Shown in pieces: positions 1-9,924 of a stretch of 49,369 bases of DNA. Both the position numbers and the translations under genes were made by a program. Numbering within the stretch: position 1 is the first letter of the stretch; every line of letters starts with the position of its first letter. The notes under the pieces are model-generated. The model was not told where the DNA came from. It saw nothing but the letters and a program-made list of their open reading frames with translations, and did no database searches. This DNA comes from a virus (lineage: Duplodnaviria; Caudoviricetes): the IMG/VR virus record IMGVR_UViG_3300037424_000186, positions 1 through 49,369 of that record; one strand, 5' to 3'.

Positions 1-127
1 TGAGATAGCTCTGCTTGGCCGCAACCAGCCGCTTGGCAACTGGAGCAAATTCAGGGCCTCGCATCAGCTTGGCATTTGCCCAGCGTTTTTCATTCGCTGC
101 CTTGAGGGCGACGAGATCGACCATTCT
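1..127. repeat. 127-bp terminal direct repeat, copy 1 (circular assembly overlap)
   Basis: 1-127 is identical to 49243-49369. It falls inside the endolysin gene start, and 127 is a standard assembler k-mer. Confidence 0.95.
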
Positions 128-145
128 ATTGCTCGCTTTGATATG

Positions 146-168
146 AAAAAACCGCCCGGAAAGGGCGG
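146..168 (-). terminator. Intrinsic terminator between tail genes and endolysin
   Basis: Hairpin CCGCCC-GGAAA-GGGCGG with an A6 run on + (U-tract on -). Confidence 0.7.
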
Positions 169-197
169 CTGGGTTGACTAGGACGTGGCTTTACGCG

Positions 198-788
198 CTA
201 CTGCACTGAATAGAACTTCGCACCGAACACAGTTCCCGTGCCGCCAGAGATCGCCAGATCGCCGCCTGATGTTTGCAGAGGAAATGCCGCAAAACGGTCC
301 CCCGGACTGACCGGAATCAGTCCAACGGTCCCGGTATCCATGTCTGTCGTGGTGTTGGTATTCGCCTGCTGTGTGGATACAGGATCGCCAGTGAAGAATT
401 CGAACTTGCTCGGGTCGTTGTTGAGCGGCGATTTACGCAGGATAACTAGTTGACGAAGGCCGGTCGAATTCATCGCCCAGACTACTTGCGCACGGAATTC
501 TGCGAAGTCCACCCCATCAGGGATTACGAACGAACTATCGGTTGGATCAAACGCGCCAAGATTGTCGTGCACGGCCTGATCGAAAGTCAGAACAGAATAG
601 GGCTGCTGATTATCCTGTACCGTCTGATTGACCGCAGCACCATTTACGATAGCCTTGCGAACGAGTGCCGCTCCGACGAGAGTAAACGTCATTCCATTTG
701 CCTTTTTGTAGGAGCCGACCGAATGAAGCGTTGTCGCGACAAGCGCAACGATCATCAGGCCGACAATGACAGGCAGACGGAATGTCAT
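198..788 (-). CDS. Hypothetical protein: N-terminal hydrophobic/signal segment plus C1q/TNF-like beta domain
   Basis: 196 aa; N-terminal LPVIVGLMIVALVA; VLTFDQAVHDNLGAFD..SSFVIP resembles a C1q-like motif. Confidence 0.5.
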   Translation of the reverse strand: MTFRLPVIVGLMIVALVATTLHSVGSYKKANGMTFTLVGAALVRKAIVNGAAVNQTVQDNQQPYSVLTFDQAVHDNLGAFDPTDSSFVIPDGVDFAEFRAQVVWAMNSTGLRQLVILRKSPLNNDPSKFEFFTGDPVSTQQANTNTTTDMDTGTVGLIPVSPGDRFAAFPLQTSGGDLAISGGTGTVFGAKFYSVQ

Positions 789-834
789 GCCCGGATTAGA
801 CGGGTTATTTTAGAAAAATGCAACCATTGATGAG

Positions 835-2064
835 TCAGTGCCATATTGTGGCGAACAAACCTCCGGATGTAATTCCAGATATTCCGACAAAGGAACCGCC
901 GGTTCCGCCATATTCGAGCGCTTGCAGGAAATGCACGCCAACCCCAGGCATGCCACCATAATGCGCCACGCTGGCGATCTGGTTGTTGTTGACGGTGTTG
1001 AAATATGTCGTTGCCGACGTTGCGTAGCCCGTCGCCCCGGAAGCCAAAGCGCTCGTAGAATCAAGCCCTATGCCTAAGCCAAGCTGAATTGCATTGGTTG
1101 TTGTGAGCGCAAGACTTGCATATCTTGCGGTAATCGCATCTTCATCAAGACCACGAACGAAACTGATGCGGTTTGCCGTGCTGTTGTTTGCTGATCGCCA
1201 TGATGCGGTCGTATAGGCCCAATTTCCAGAATCTTGCGAAACTGCCTCATAGGGCCTTCGGTTGTAAACATTCCAGACATAGAGGAACGCACCAACGCCA
1301 CCGGCCCCAGACCCTCCGATGATCCAGTCAAGCTGTGACGAGCTATTGCTTCGCGTAGTACCGACATACGTTCCGCGCTCTGCCGCCGGTCCATTCGTAA
1401 TCGAAACCGCGTTGAGGTAGATTCCATTGACATGGACCAGAGCCGTACCAGCCGATCTCCCTCCAGTGTCGCTCGTCCAATCCGGGCCGTGCCCAAGGCG
1501 GATCGTGCCAGCATCGTCCCAGACAAACCAGTCATTGATCTTGCTGGCGCCTATCGCTGCCGGGCTCTTGGTCGTATCGGTCGTTAATACCGAAAGCTCA
1601 GTAAACCGTGTCGGCGCCATGCTGGCGCCGTCGTAGAGCGGTATGATGTCTCCGACATGCGGCGTATAGTAGATCGTTGTTTTCGCGGATTGCGTCGTCG
1701 TCATGACCGGGACGTCTGTTTGCAATGTCAGACGCCCCTGCGGCGGGCTCATGAAGATCAGGTCTTCCGCCAGCGCGACAATGGCGACCGTAGGCACCGT
1801 GCTGAAATTGATTGCAGATGCCCCGCCGGAGGAATTTGACAGGATGGTCGCTCTGGTCAGCGTTACCGTACCTGACGTATAGACGCCGTACCCGACCTCC
1901 CATTGCGACAGGTCGGCACTTTCAGCACGATACCGATAGACCGCGCCATCAACGGCTCCAGCGCTTGCCGGCGTTTGATATCCGGTGACGGCGGCAGAAA
2001 CGACGAAGCTTCCGGTGCCGCTCGATACCGCAGTGAACCGGCATACATTGAGAAAAGAGGCCAA
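835..2064 (-). CDS. Tail fibre/spike protein 2
   Basis: 409 aa, G/S/T-rich; shares the PQGRLT...YY.P..G..P.Y.G..M.PT.F domain with the next gene. Confidence 0.7.
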   Translation of the reverse strand: MASFLNVCRFTAVSSGTGSFVVSAAVTGYQTPASAGAVDGAVYRYRAESADLSQWEVGYGVYTSGTVTLTRATILSNSSGGASAINFSTVPTVAIVALAEDLIFMSPPQGRLTLQTDVPVMTTTQSAKTTIYYTPHVGDIIPLYDGASMAPTRFTELSVLTTDTTKSPAAIGASKINDWFVWDDAGTIRLGHGPDWTSDTGGRSAGTALVHVNGIYLNAVSITNGPAAERGTYVGTTRSNSSSQLDWIIGGSGAGGVGAFLYVWNVYNRRPYEAVSQDSGNWAYTTASWRSANNSTANRISFVRGLDEDAITARYASLALTTTNAIQLGLGIGLDSTSALASGATGYATSATTYFNTVNNNQIASVAHYGGMPGVGVHFLQALEYGGTGGSFVGISGITSGGLFATIWH

Positions 2065-2065
2065 C

Positions 2066-3502
2066 TCAGCCTCTCCACTTTGCGGTCATCATCATCAATT
2101 CGGATGAGCCGTAAAACGTGTTGTTGGTGGTTCCTGACGGCGCCTGCTCAAGCGTATTGATCTTGTTGATGCCCAGCGCGGGTGGCGCTAGATGGGCGGC
2201 AACCAAGGTTGAGCCGGAAACCTGCACGCCGGCAACCCCGGACTCGAAATACCCGCGCCCCTTCTTCCCTGACAGGACGGTCGTTGAGTTGTACCCGATT
2301 CCGATTTCAGAAGTGGAATTGTTGGCATTAACTGCCATCGCTACCGTTTGCACAAACTCTAGATCGTAAGGCTCTTCCGCGAGTCCGCTGAAGATGTGAA
2401 TGAAGTTCGTCGCGTCCGCTCGTGACTGTCGCCATGTCGTTGGCGTGTTTGTCCATGACGCTGTTGCATCTCCCATCTTTACATGAATGGGAACGCGGTT
2501 ATAGGCGTTCCAGACGCCCCATTTTCGCGATTGACCGAACGCGACGTGGCAGGAAACCTGCCCGGCCGATCCGTCGATGAAGATCGAGCCTACATAGGTT
2601 CCGAGGTTGGCGCCGACCGAATAGGTTGTTGAACCATTGCGCGCCGTCATGGAAACGGCGTTGACCCAAAGGCCCTTGATGCGGGTGAGCTGGGTGGTTG
2701 AAGCGCCCGTACCGCGGGCGCAAGAACCGGCCGTTGAAACCGACCATGCCGGTCCGGTAACGAGCGTCAGGACACCGGAATTCGAGAATACGAAACAATC
2801 GTAGAGCGTGCTTATGGCGTGCTGAGAAGCAAGCGTCAACGTCAGTGCTGAAAACTCTGTCGGGATCATCGTTGTTCCATTGTAGATCGGAACAAGATTG
2901 CCAATATAGGGCTCGTAGTAGACGGCTGTTGCCGCGGATGCATCGCTGGTAATAACGGGAGACCCGCTGGTTGGTGTAAGACGACCCTGCGGGGTGGGGA
3001 CGGCAGCGGTTGCCGAAGACGCATTGACGGCCGTCCAGACCGCCGTAGATGACGTTCCCGTGGTCTTACAGACGTAGAGAATTAAATTGGTATAATCCCA
3101 ATAGAAGTCCGGCAGGATGCTCGCCGAGCCTGCCGTGCCGGCCACGGTGCCGTTAGGAGAGCCCGATCCGGTGACCGTCTTGGCGATCAGCGCGGAATCC
3201 CTCCCGCGGACATAATCTGCGGTCCAGATTGCACTTGCCGGCGGGTCGGTATCGGTTGAAGGAGCCAGAACGACCTTGTAATCTAGATCCTGCAAATAGA
3301 TATCGACTGCAGGATATCCTGCGGAATTGAGCACAACCGGGTTTGTATTGGCGGTAGAGAGCGTGCGGTCGGAATAGGTGTCAAGCTTTGTGGATGTGCC
3401 GGCCTCGTAAAAGAACAGCAAGGCCCCTGCCCGCACTTCGGGGGTGGAGTCGAGATACTGAGGGAATGGATTGACGAATCTGCTGGCCATGAATGGTCCC
3501 AA
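2066..3502 (-). CDS. Tail fibre/spike protein 1 with P22-like head-binding N-terminus
   Basis: N-terminal GALLFFYEAGTSTKLDTYSD...NPVVLNSAG is typical of the podovirus tailspike attachment domain; probable start at MASRF. Confidence 0.75.
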   Translation of the reverse strand: MGPFMASRFVNPFPQYLDSTPEVRAGALLFFYEAGTSTKLDTYSDRTLSTANTNPVVLNSAGYPAVDIYLQDLDYKVVLAPSTDTDPPASAIWTADYVRGRDSALIAKTVTGSGSPNGTVAGTAGSASILPDFYWDYTNLILYVCKTTGTSSTAVWTAVNASSATAAVPTPQGRLTPTSGSPVITSDASAATAVYYEPYIGNLVPIYNGTTMIPTEFSALTLTLASQHAISTLYDCFVFSNSGVLTLVTGPAWSVSTAGSCARGTGASTTQLTRIKGLWVNAVSMTARNGSTTYSVGANLGTYVGSIFIDGSAGQVSCHVAFGQSRKWGVWNAYNRVPIHVKMGDATASWTNTPTTWRQSRADATNFIHIFSGLAEEPYDLEFVQTVAMAVNANNSTSEIGIGYNSTTVLSGKKGRGYFESGVAGVQVSGSTLVAAHLAPPALGINKINTLEQAPSGTTNNTFYGSSELMMMTAKWRG

Positions 3503-3503
3503 T

Positions 3504-3526
3504 AAAAAAGCGCCCCGAAAGGCGCT
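3504..3526 (-). terminator. Intrinsic terminator
   Basis: AAAAAA GCGCC CCGAAA GGCGC. Confidence 0.65.
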
Positions 3527-3551
3527 GTTGATCTGCGTAGTTCTGATCGCC

Positions 3552-5732
3552 CTAGTAGGGCAGTGGCCCTGGAATGTTTGGTTGATCTTCGGCGCGGCTT
3601 ACGCCCATGCCTTGGATCGCCGGAACGCTTCCCGATTGCTCCCCAACAACGCGAGCAAGCGAGTTATCCGCATTCCGTAGAGCATCGAGATACCGAGGCT
3701 GTCGAGCTACAAGCGTCATACCGCGTTGAAGGACGCGGGGGTCTGGCGAAACCAGCATGTCTGCGACACGCCTGGCCACCCGCTGATCGATCGACTGGTT
3801 AGCGCGAGAAGCCGCGCCGCGGGCGAGACCACCAACGAAAGCCGCTGTGAAGACATTCTGAGGATTCCAGTCTCCGGTCGCTGTGCCGTACCCAACACCC
3901 CCGGCTAGGCCAGCTTCGATCAGTTGCCGTGTCGTGGTTGAATTACCCTGCACAGCGCCCCGCGCTGCATCCATGGCTGTTTCAACTCGCAGGAAGGTTT
4001 CCAATTCGGCCGAACGTTGCGGGCCAAGCGCGATCTCTATTTTCTCGCGCGCCGCCGGGGAGTTATTGATCTGGTTCAGGACGTTGCGCCGGTCTGGAGA
4101 GTTGCGAATTTGCTCCACATATCGCGAGACAAAACCATCCTGGAATAATTGCCGCTCAAGCGGGCGCATCTGGGCAATTGCCGCCCTCGCCTCCCGGTTA
4201 CCGAAGTTCTGAGCGACGAAGTTCTGACCAGCCTCAAGCGCATTTTCAGCCCTGAAGAAACTGGCCGCAACGCCGCGGGCTTGGCCATAGGCAGGAATGG
4301 CAGTGTCAAGCTCATTGCGCAGCGCCTGCGCAAGGCTTTGCATCGCGCCGCCTTCTTCATTGCTGCCACTGCGAAACGCCCTTTGAGCGGCATCACGAAG
4401 TTCGCGATAGGTATAGTCCCAAAGCTGAAGGTTCGGGTAGGCCGGAGCGCCGTTCGCCCCACGATTGAAGCGGACTACACCGTTTTCGACCGTAGCCCTC
4501 GGATTGAAGGCCCCCATGCCCTGCACGATAGCCCGGTTCTGCCCACGCTCGACAGCTGATCGCATAGCGTCTGCCACGGCGGGAGCTCCAAGCAGCCGGT
4601 CAAGCTCGGGCGTCATAATATCCCGATCGCCAAGGCGGTAAGCGCGCTCATATCCAGTGCGATTTACAGTCCGTTCAAGCTGGTCAATGGCCTGCTGCTG
4701 CGAGTGGGCATTTGGGTAATGGAAGGTCTGGTTAAACCATCCCTCAAGCCGGCCAGACTGCCCCTCGAACCGATCGTCAATGGCGCGGTTTAGAACCCCT
4801 CGGCCTTCCGGGGAAGTGTTGGCCGAGGATCGGGCCAGCGCCCGCGTCGTCTCGCCGCCAAGGTCTATAACCGTTACCGGCTGGCCTTCTGCGCGTGCGG
4901 CGCGGAACTCGGCTCCAGAAAGCCCAGGATCGGCGTTTCGGTAGTCGCGAGCGATTGAAGCTGTAACCCGCCGCGCGGCCTCACCCTCAGGGTCGCGGAA
5001 GCCACGATAGGCATTTCTCAGCGGTTCAGTGGCCCGAGCGATACCACGGCCCGCCGCAGCAACCCCGGCAAGAGCAGCCGGTGCGGCGGCCCCAACAATG
5101 CCGCCAACGCCCGCGCCCATTGCAGCGCGCGATGCCGTATCTGCTGCGCCAATACCCTCTCCAGCGCCCGCAGCTCCGCCCAGAACCGTTCCAACGCCGG
5201 CACCTGCCGCCATACGTCCCGGCAACGTAGCGGCCTGTCCTGCCGCCCCCAAGGGCAGCGCGACGGCCCCGGCAACATTGCCGGCGATGGACGCGACCGG
5301 ATGTTGCTCTTCTGCGGTCTTGTTGAGGTCGCGTTCACGGGTTACGGCGGTTTCGTATGCCTTCTTGGCCTCGGCATCGCCGCCCCAGTATTTCAGCGCA
5401 CCAGAGATCAGTTTCCCAAGGCTGGCCGGATCATTCGGGTTAGCCCCTGAAGCCTCCACCAGCCCGCGGATTTCGTCGCTGAAATTGGCGGTAAAGCCTT
5501 GCGCCACGCCGCGCGCGCCAGCATCAAGTGCGCCGCGATCCGGCTTTCCACTCATATCCATAACGAGACGCTTTGGGCCGCCGTCCTTGCCCGGTTCCAG
5601 CACCGGGGAGCTGCTGCCAATAGCCTCTTGAGCCAATGGAGCGGCATCCCACCAGTTAGCGCCAGCGGTTGGCCCAGCCGCTGGCGCCTTGGTCGCTTCA
5701 GCCAATGGAGCAGCATCCCACCAATTAGCCAT
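3552..5732 (-). CDS. Large DNA ejection/internal virion protein
   Basis: 726 aa, Ala/Gly/Arg-rich, duplicated ANWWDAAPLA at the N-terminus; third gene of the ejection-protein trio. Confidence 0.65.
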   Translation of the reverse strand: MANWWDAAPLAEATKAPAAGPTAGANWWDAAPLAQEAIGSSSPVLEPGKDGGPKRLVMDMSGKPDRGALDAGARGVAQGFTANFSDEIRGLVEASGANPNDPASLGKLISGALKYWGGDAEAKKAYETAVTRERDLNKTAEEQHPVASIAGNVAGAVALPLGAAGQAATLPGRMAAGAGVGTVLGGAAGAGEGIGAADTASRAAMGAGVGGIVGAAAPAALAGVAAAGRGIARATEPLRNAYRGFRDPEGEAARRVTASIARDYRNADPGLSGAEFRAARAEGQPVTVIDLGGETTRALARSSANTSPEGRGVLNRAIDDRFEGQSGRLEGWFNQTFHYPNAHSQQQAIDQLERTVNRTGYERAYRLGDRDIMTPELDRLLGAPAVADAMRSAVERGQNRAIVQGMGAFNPRATVENGVVRFNRGANGAPAYPNLQLWDYTYRELRDAAQRAFRSGSNEEGGAMQSLAQALRNELDTAIPAYGQARGVAASFFRAENALEAGQNFVAQNFGNREARAAIAQMRPLERQLFQDGFVSRYVEQIRNSPDRRNVLNQINNSPAAREKIEIALGPQRSAELETFLRVETAMDAARGAVQGNSTTTRQLIEAGLAGGVGYGTATGDWNPQNVFTAAFVGGLARGAASRANQSIDQRVARRVADMLVSPDPRVLQRGMTLVARQPRYLDALRNADNSLARVVGEQSGSVPAIQGMGVSRAEDQPNIPGPLPY

Positions 5733-6937
5733 CAGGGCTTGACCCGCTCGGTGCCATCGGGGGCCATGAACTTGGAACCGCTCGGAAGCTTGGCATATTC
5801 CGCTTCGGTAATTCCTTGGGACTGCGCAACGGGCGCGCGGGCGGCGCCTTGCGGCTTGTAGAACTGGCCGCCTCGCAATTCGTTTGCCCGTTGCTCATTG
5901 AACTTCAGGCGGTTTGTCGCCATCTCGATTGCGCGTTCGTAAATCTTTTTCCGAACATCATGCGGCTGGTTTACCGACCCTTGGATATCAAGCAGGATTT
6001 TCCGCTCGCCCTCGGTAGGAGCCCCGCCGAAGATAGCTTTCAACTGGCTTAGTGCGTTGGTGGTTACGACATTATCGAGTTCGGCCGTCGCAATGCCACT
6101 CTTGCCAATATCGCTTGTCTCGCCAAGGAAACTAGCGGCATAACCACGCTTACCAGCCATCGGCCCGGCGAATGCCTTGGAGGAAAGATCGGTCGCTTTC
6201 TGGAGTGCGCCGATGGCCGAATGGGCCATCATCACGCCCTCGTCAGCCTCAAGAATGGCCTTCTTGTCGGTTGCCGTGAGTGGTTGAGCATCTTCACGAG
6301 GATATTTCCCGGTCAGAATAAACTGCTGGTTTTGTGGTGTAGCAGGATCCATTCCGCGGGCTTTGATCTGGCGCTCCCGCGCAGCCGCGTCCTCATCAAT
6401 CTTTGATGCGCCAACAGACTTTACATCCCCGCCAAGGACATAGCCGGTATATTCCGGTGTGCCGGGCTTCAAGCCATACTTGCCGGCTGCTACAGCCCTA
6501 TTGTCGGCCTCGCCAACAGCGCCACTCTCCAGCCGGTCGGCTGTGCGAGCTGCAAGACCATAGGACCGATCCGAATTTTTCTGCCCCCGCTGCGCCTCTT
6601 CCTTGTTGAACGTCAGCGTCGGGTCTTCCGTCTGCGCAATCATCTGCTTGAGCAGCAACGGGGACGGCGCATTACGCCACTGCTGATGCGTCTGCGGGTT
6701 GATCAGGCCACGCTGAAGCATGCGATCGGAAGTCTCTGCCCACTTGGCGGGAAATTCCGGCGTGTTGACGAACGGCACCAGACCGCGCGCTTCCGAGCCG
6801 ATTTCGGTCTGCATCTGCTTGAACTGCGCCTGCCGGATTTCGGTATCGGCGGCCTGTAGCTTTGCAGCTTGTGCCAGCGGCGTTGCCGGGTCGAATGTCG
6901 GGACTTGCGCGGCGAGCGTGTTGTCAATGATCGCCAT
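5732..6937 (-). CDS. DNA ejection protein (gp20-like position)
   Basis: 401 aa helical protein; C-terminal EYAKLPSGSKFMAPDG motif common in podovirus ejection proteins; synteny. Confidence 0.6.
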   Translation of the reverse strand: MAIIDNTLAAQVPTFDPATPLAQAAKLQAADTEIRQAQFKQMQTEIGSEARGLVPFVNTPEFPAKWAETSDRMLQRGLINPQTHQQWRNAPSPLLLKQMIAQTEDPTLTFNKEEAQRGQKNSDRSYGLAARTADRLESGAVGEADNRAVAAGKYGLKPGTPEYTGYVLGGDVKSVGASKIDEDAAARERQIKARGMDPATPQNQQFILTGKYPREDAQPLTATDKKAILEADEGVMMAHSAIGALQKATDLSSKAFAGPMAGKRGYAASFLGETSDIGKSGIATAELDNVVTTNALSQLKAIFGGAPTEGERKILLDIQGSVNQPHDVRKKIYERAIEMATNRLKFNEQRANELRGGQFYKPQGAARAPVAQSQGITEAEYAKLPSGSKFMAPDGTERVKP

Positions 6938-7644
6938 CAGTACAGCCCTCCCGTTCCGGTGAGGCTAAATCCACTACCACCACCATAGCTGGACTTGCTC
7001 ATCTGGTTGTAGAGCGAGAGCGAATTGAGCCCGCTGTTAATGCCCTTCACCGTACCCAATATTCCGGAAGCATCGGCCGTACCTGCGGCCATGGTCGAAT
7101 TGGCGATATTGTTGGCCGACGCGCCAACGCTATTTCCGGCTCCGGTCCCGATACTTCCGAGATAGCCAGCGCCAGTCATTCCCTGCTGAGACAACCCGGA
7201 AAGCCGCGTGAGGTAATTGCTCAGGTTCTGGGTTGCCAAGCCCGAGCCGTACTCGGTCACGGCGCGAAGCTGGTTGCCAGACAACAAACTGCCCTTGGAC
7301 GCGGCCGAGCTATCCAGTGCGCCGATGCCTTCCTTCATGGCAAACTGATAATCTGGCGACCGCGAAAATGCCGCAAGCGCACTGTCACCAAGCGCTGGAT
7401 CGCTTCCGTTCAAGCCATAGAACGACGAGAGAAGATTGCTTGCTCCCTGTCCTGTCTTGATGAACGGGTTAAGGTTGGCGGAGGATTTCTCGTAATTGGC
7501 CTTCTGGTACTCCATCGCCTGCGCTTGCGCAGCAGCGGCCTGATTGGCGGCGTCCTTTTGCGCGTCGGCGGCTTTGTTGGCGCCCCAGATCGACGCGCCA
7601 GCGCCCAACAATCCAACACCAAGAGTGGCGGCAGCTAACGGCAT
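6937..7644 (-). CDS. DNA transfer/ejection protein (P22 gp7-like)
   Basis: Gly/Ala-rich N-terminus; NLNPF...G, SPDYQF...G and SAASKGSLLSG motifs. Confidence 0.75.
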   Translation of the reverse strand: MPLAAATLGVGLLGAGASIWGANKAADAQKDAANQAAAAQAQAMEYQKANYEKSSANLNPFIKTGQGASNLLSSFYGLNGSDPALGDSALAAFSRSPDYQFAMKEGIGALDSSAASKGSLLSGNQLRAVTEYGSGLATQNLSNYLTRLSGLSQQGMTGAGYLGSIGTGAGNSVGASANNIANSTMAAGTADASGILGTVKGINSGLNSLSLYNQMSKSSYGGGSGFSLTGTGGLY

Positions 7645-8087
7645 TTAGTCCAGTCCTCTTTGGTTATAGAGAAGATATCGGTCGGTATGGACGCGCCATC
7701 CCTCCACCATCCATTTTCGCGCCGTTCCTTAAGCTTGGCCCCGAGACGGAGCACTAAAGCGCGAACGGCGATATTTCCCTTGGGAACCATCATCGTTACT
7801 TCGGTTGCGATCTCGAAGATTGAATCCAAGGCTTCGTGGGCTGCCTTCAGCGCCCATTTCCCACGGCCTTCTGGCAAGATAAGGCTGTGCGCATCATAAA
7901 TTCCGTCTCCCATCCCAAGAAAAACGTAGCCGCCATACTCACCGATCATCACGATATTGTTTGGGTTGTTAACGATGCTGCACGTTTCAAAGCGGCCGAC
8001 CAGCGGCCCCTTTATCCAAGGATATATTGATTTGTCATTCGCTAGTTCTGTCAGCCTTGATGCAGTTCTTTGTCTTGTCAGCATCAC
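7635..8087 (-). CDS. GNAT-like protein (P22 gp14-like)
   Basis: YDAHSLILPEGRGKWA motif; position between tail hub and ejection genes. Confidence 0.65.
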   Translation of the reverse strand: MMLTRQRTASRLTELANDKSIYPWIKGPLVGRFETCSIVNNPNNIVMIGEYGGYVFLGMGDGIYDAHSLILPEGRGKWALKAAHEALDSIFEIATEVTMMVPKGNIAVRALVLRLGAKLKERRENGWWRDGASIPTDIFSITKEDWTKCR

Positions 8088-8521
8088 TTGATGACAAAGC
8101 CTCCCGCCGCTGAATCCAACGCCGCATTATAGATTGCAAGATACAGCGAGCCTGCAACGATATCGCCAGTGTTCGCCTGCGTTGCGCCGTCCCCGACATA
8201 CGCCTTCAGCGTCGCAAGCGTACCCGACTTCGGAACAACGGTCATCGTCACTGCGCCTGATGTAGTGTTGGCCGCGACGAACGAGTAAATCTCGTAATCA
8301 ACATAGGCCGAGATTAGCGGCGAAGCGTCGAGCGGCGTCAGACTTATGACATTCGTCCCTGTAGCGTTGCATGGCGTGGTCCGGTTCATCCCAACGATGA
8401 AATTATACCACGCGCTCAAAAGCTGGTTGCCGTGCTCGCTCAACGATCCCGTCTTGATGTCGATAAACGGGAACTGACTGTTCGGCCGCGGGATCGGTGA
8501 CGCTGGAGCAGTGATCGTCAT
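8084..8521 (-). CDS. Tail-associated protein
   Basis: 145 aa; PFIDIKTG.LS...W..F N-terminus typical of the gene after gp10. Confidence 0.5.
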   Translation of the reverse strand: MTITAPASPIPRPNSQFPFIDIKTGSLSEHGNQLLSAWYNFIVGMNRTTPCNATGTNVISLTPLDASPLISAYVDYEIYSFVAANTTSGAVTMTVVPKSGTLATLKAYVGDGATQANTGDIVAGSLYLAIYNAALDSAAGGFVIK

Positions 8522-9924
8522 GTGCCGACCATCAAATCAGCATGGGCGTTGATGATGGTTCGCTTCACCGGGTCTGAAATCGTAACCTCAAATACCCACT
8601 CCCTCGATTGCCCCAGCTTCAGCCAGCGCATCCTGGTCTGATAAGCCCCGATCGCGCCCATGCTGCGCCATTTCTGCTGATTGCCCCAGGTTCGGCCGCC
8701 GTCCTTGGAAATGCGCAGCATTACTTGCGGATCGGAGCCCTGCCCGGTCGCCAATCCAACGCCGCCCTCGATGTCCATTTCAAATCGAGGGATAAACACG
8801 CGCTTGCGGTCGGAGTGGATTGGAGGCGAAGTTGCCAGCATCTGCACCGTGTTGTCGAACTCGGTATAGGTATGGTGGGACAGGTGCCCAATCTTGCCGG
8901 ATACGGAATCGCCGATCAGCTCATAGTCGTAGGCGGTGACGTGACAGTTTGCCCGCCACCGGCCGAGTGACCGGCCGTTCAAATCCCACGATTCCCGCTC
9001 ATGCCAGAGGCCGGTTGCGATATTTAACTCGAATGTCGTGTTGGTCGCCGGGAATGTCACCGTGACAAACTTGTGCCCCTGCCAAGGATAGGCGAAGCAG
9101 AATAATTGATCGAATGTCGAATGAGACTGCCATAGATGTTCAAGCGCGTGTGTACTGACGCGAACCGGCGATAGCCCATCCATGCGATAGAATACCCGGT
9201 CATCGCCCATGAAAAATACGGTATTATCTTCCTTACAGATAGCATGTGGCTCGGCCAGTCCGCGTTCGATCACGGCGCCAGGAACCCGCTCGAACGGGAA
9301 GTTTGCCGCCCCAACATTCTGCCACGGCTCGATCGACTGTGTTCCGCAAACAAGTAGAACCTGTTTGTTCAGAATGACCGCCTGAACATTGTCCGGCCTG
9401 GATTCGGCAGAGGCAAATGCGGTGGCGGAATAGGATGACCCGTCGAGCAGATCGGAGGCAAAGAATTTGTTAGTGTCCTTCCAGTCAAACACGAACCTCT
9501 GATCGAAAAACGTCACCGTATTGGCGTTGTTGAAGTCAACATCCGAAATCAGGATGAAACCGATCGCCGTGGAGTAGAGATAACCGTTCGTCCCAGAGAC
9601 GATACACAGCTCCGAGCCATTGTCGTCCATCGAAACAACATCGTATCCGGTGATATTGCCGCCAATATCGGTAGCGGTGCCGGTTGACGAGACACTATAA
9701 AGCCGCTGCCCGGAGACGACATAGAGCAACCCGCCCATGACGTGCATGCCACGTACAGGACCGTTCCCGCAGGATGCGAACTCCTCAATACCAGGACATC
9801 CCAGCAACGCTACTTGCGTCTTGGCGTCTTTCGGCTGTGCTTCGGCGTAGCAGTTCACCGCACGCTGAGCCGAAATCGGCTTTGATGCGTGCTTGTATGT
9901 CTGGGTGGCAAAATTTATGATCAT
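8518..9924 (-). CDS. Packaged DNA stabilization/tail hub protein (P22 gp10-like)
   Basis: 468 aa beta-propeller; FASAESRPD, SKDGGRTW and GAIGAYQTR.RW..LG motifs. Confidence 0.85.
   Translation of the reverse strand: MIINFATQTYKHASKPISAQRAVNCYAEAQPKDAKTQVALLGCPGIEEFASCGNGPVRGMHVMGGLLYVVSGQRLYSVSSTGTATDIGGNITGYDVVSMDDNGSELCIVSGTNGYLYSTAIGFILISDVDFNNANTVTFFDQRFVFDWKDTNKFFASDLLDGSSYSATAFASAESRPDNVQAVILNKQVLLVCGTQSIEPWQNVGAANFPFERVPGAVIERGLAEPHAICKEDNTVFFMGDDRVFYRMDGLSPVRVSTHALEHLWQSHSTFDQLFCFAYPWQGHKFVTVTFPATNTTFELNIATGLWHERESWDLNGRSLGRWRANCHVTAYDYELIGDSVSGKIGHLSHHTYTEFDNTVQMLATSPPIHSDRKRVFIPRFEMDIEGGVGLATGQGSDPQVMLRISKDGGRTWGNQQKWRSMGAIGAYQTRMRWLKLGQSREWVFEVTISDPVKRTIINAHADLMVGT

Noticed and set aside
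1-127. Biological direct terminal repeat
   Set aside because: Exactly 127 bp (an assembler k-mer) and located within the endolysin gene; best read as a circular overlap.
835-3502. Diversity-generating retroelement acting on the fibres
   Set aside because: No reverse transcriptase and no TR/VR pair differing at adenines were seen.
5630-5732. Short duplicated sequence (ANWWDAAPLA twice)
   Set aside because: An ordinary N-terminal peptide repeat of ejection proteins.
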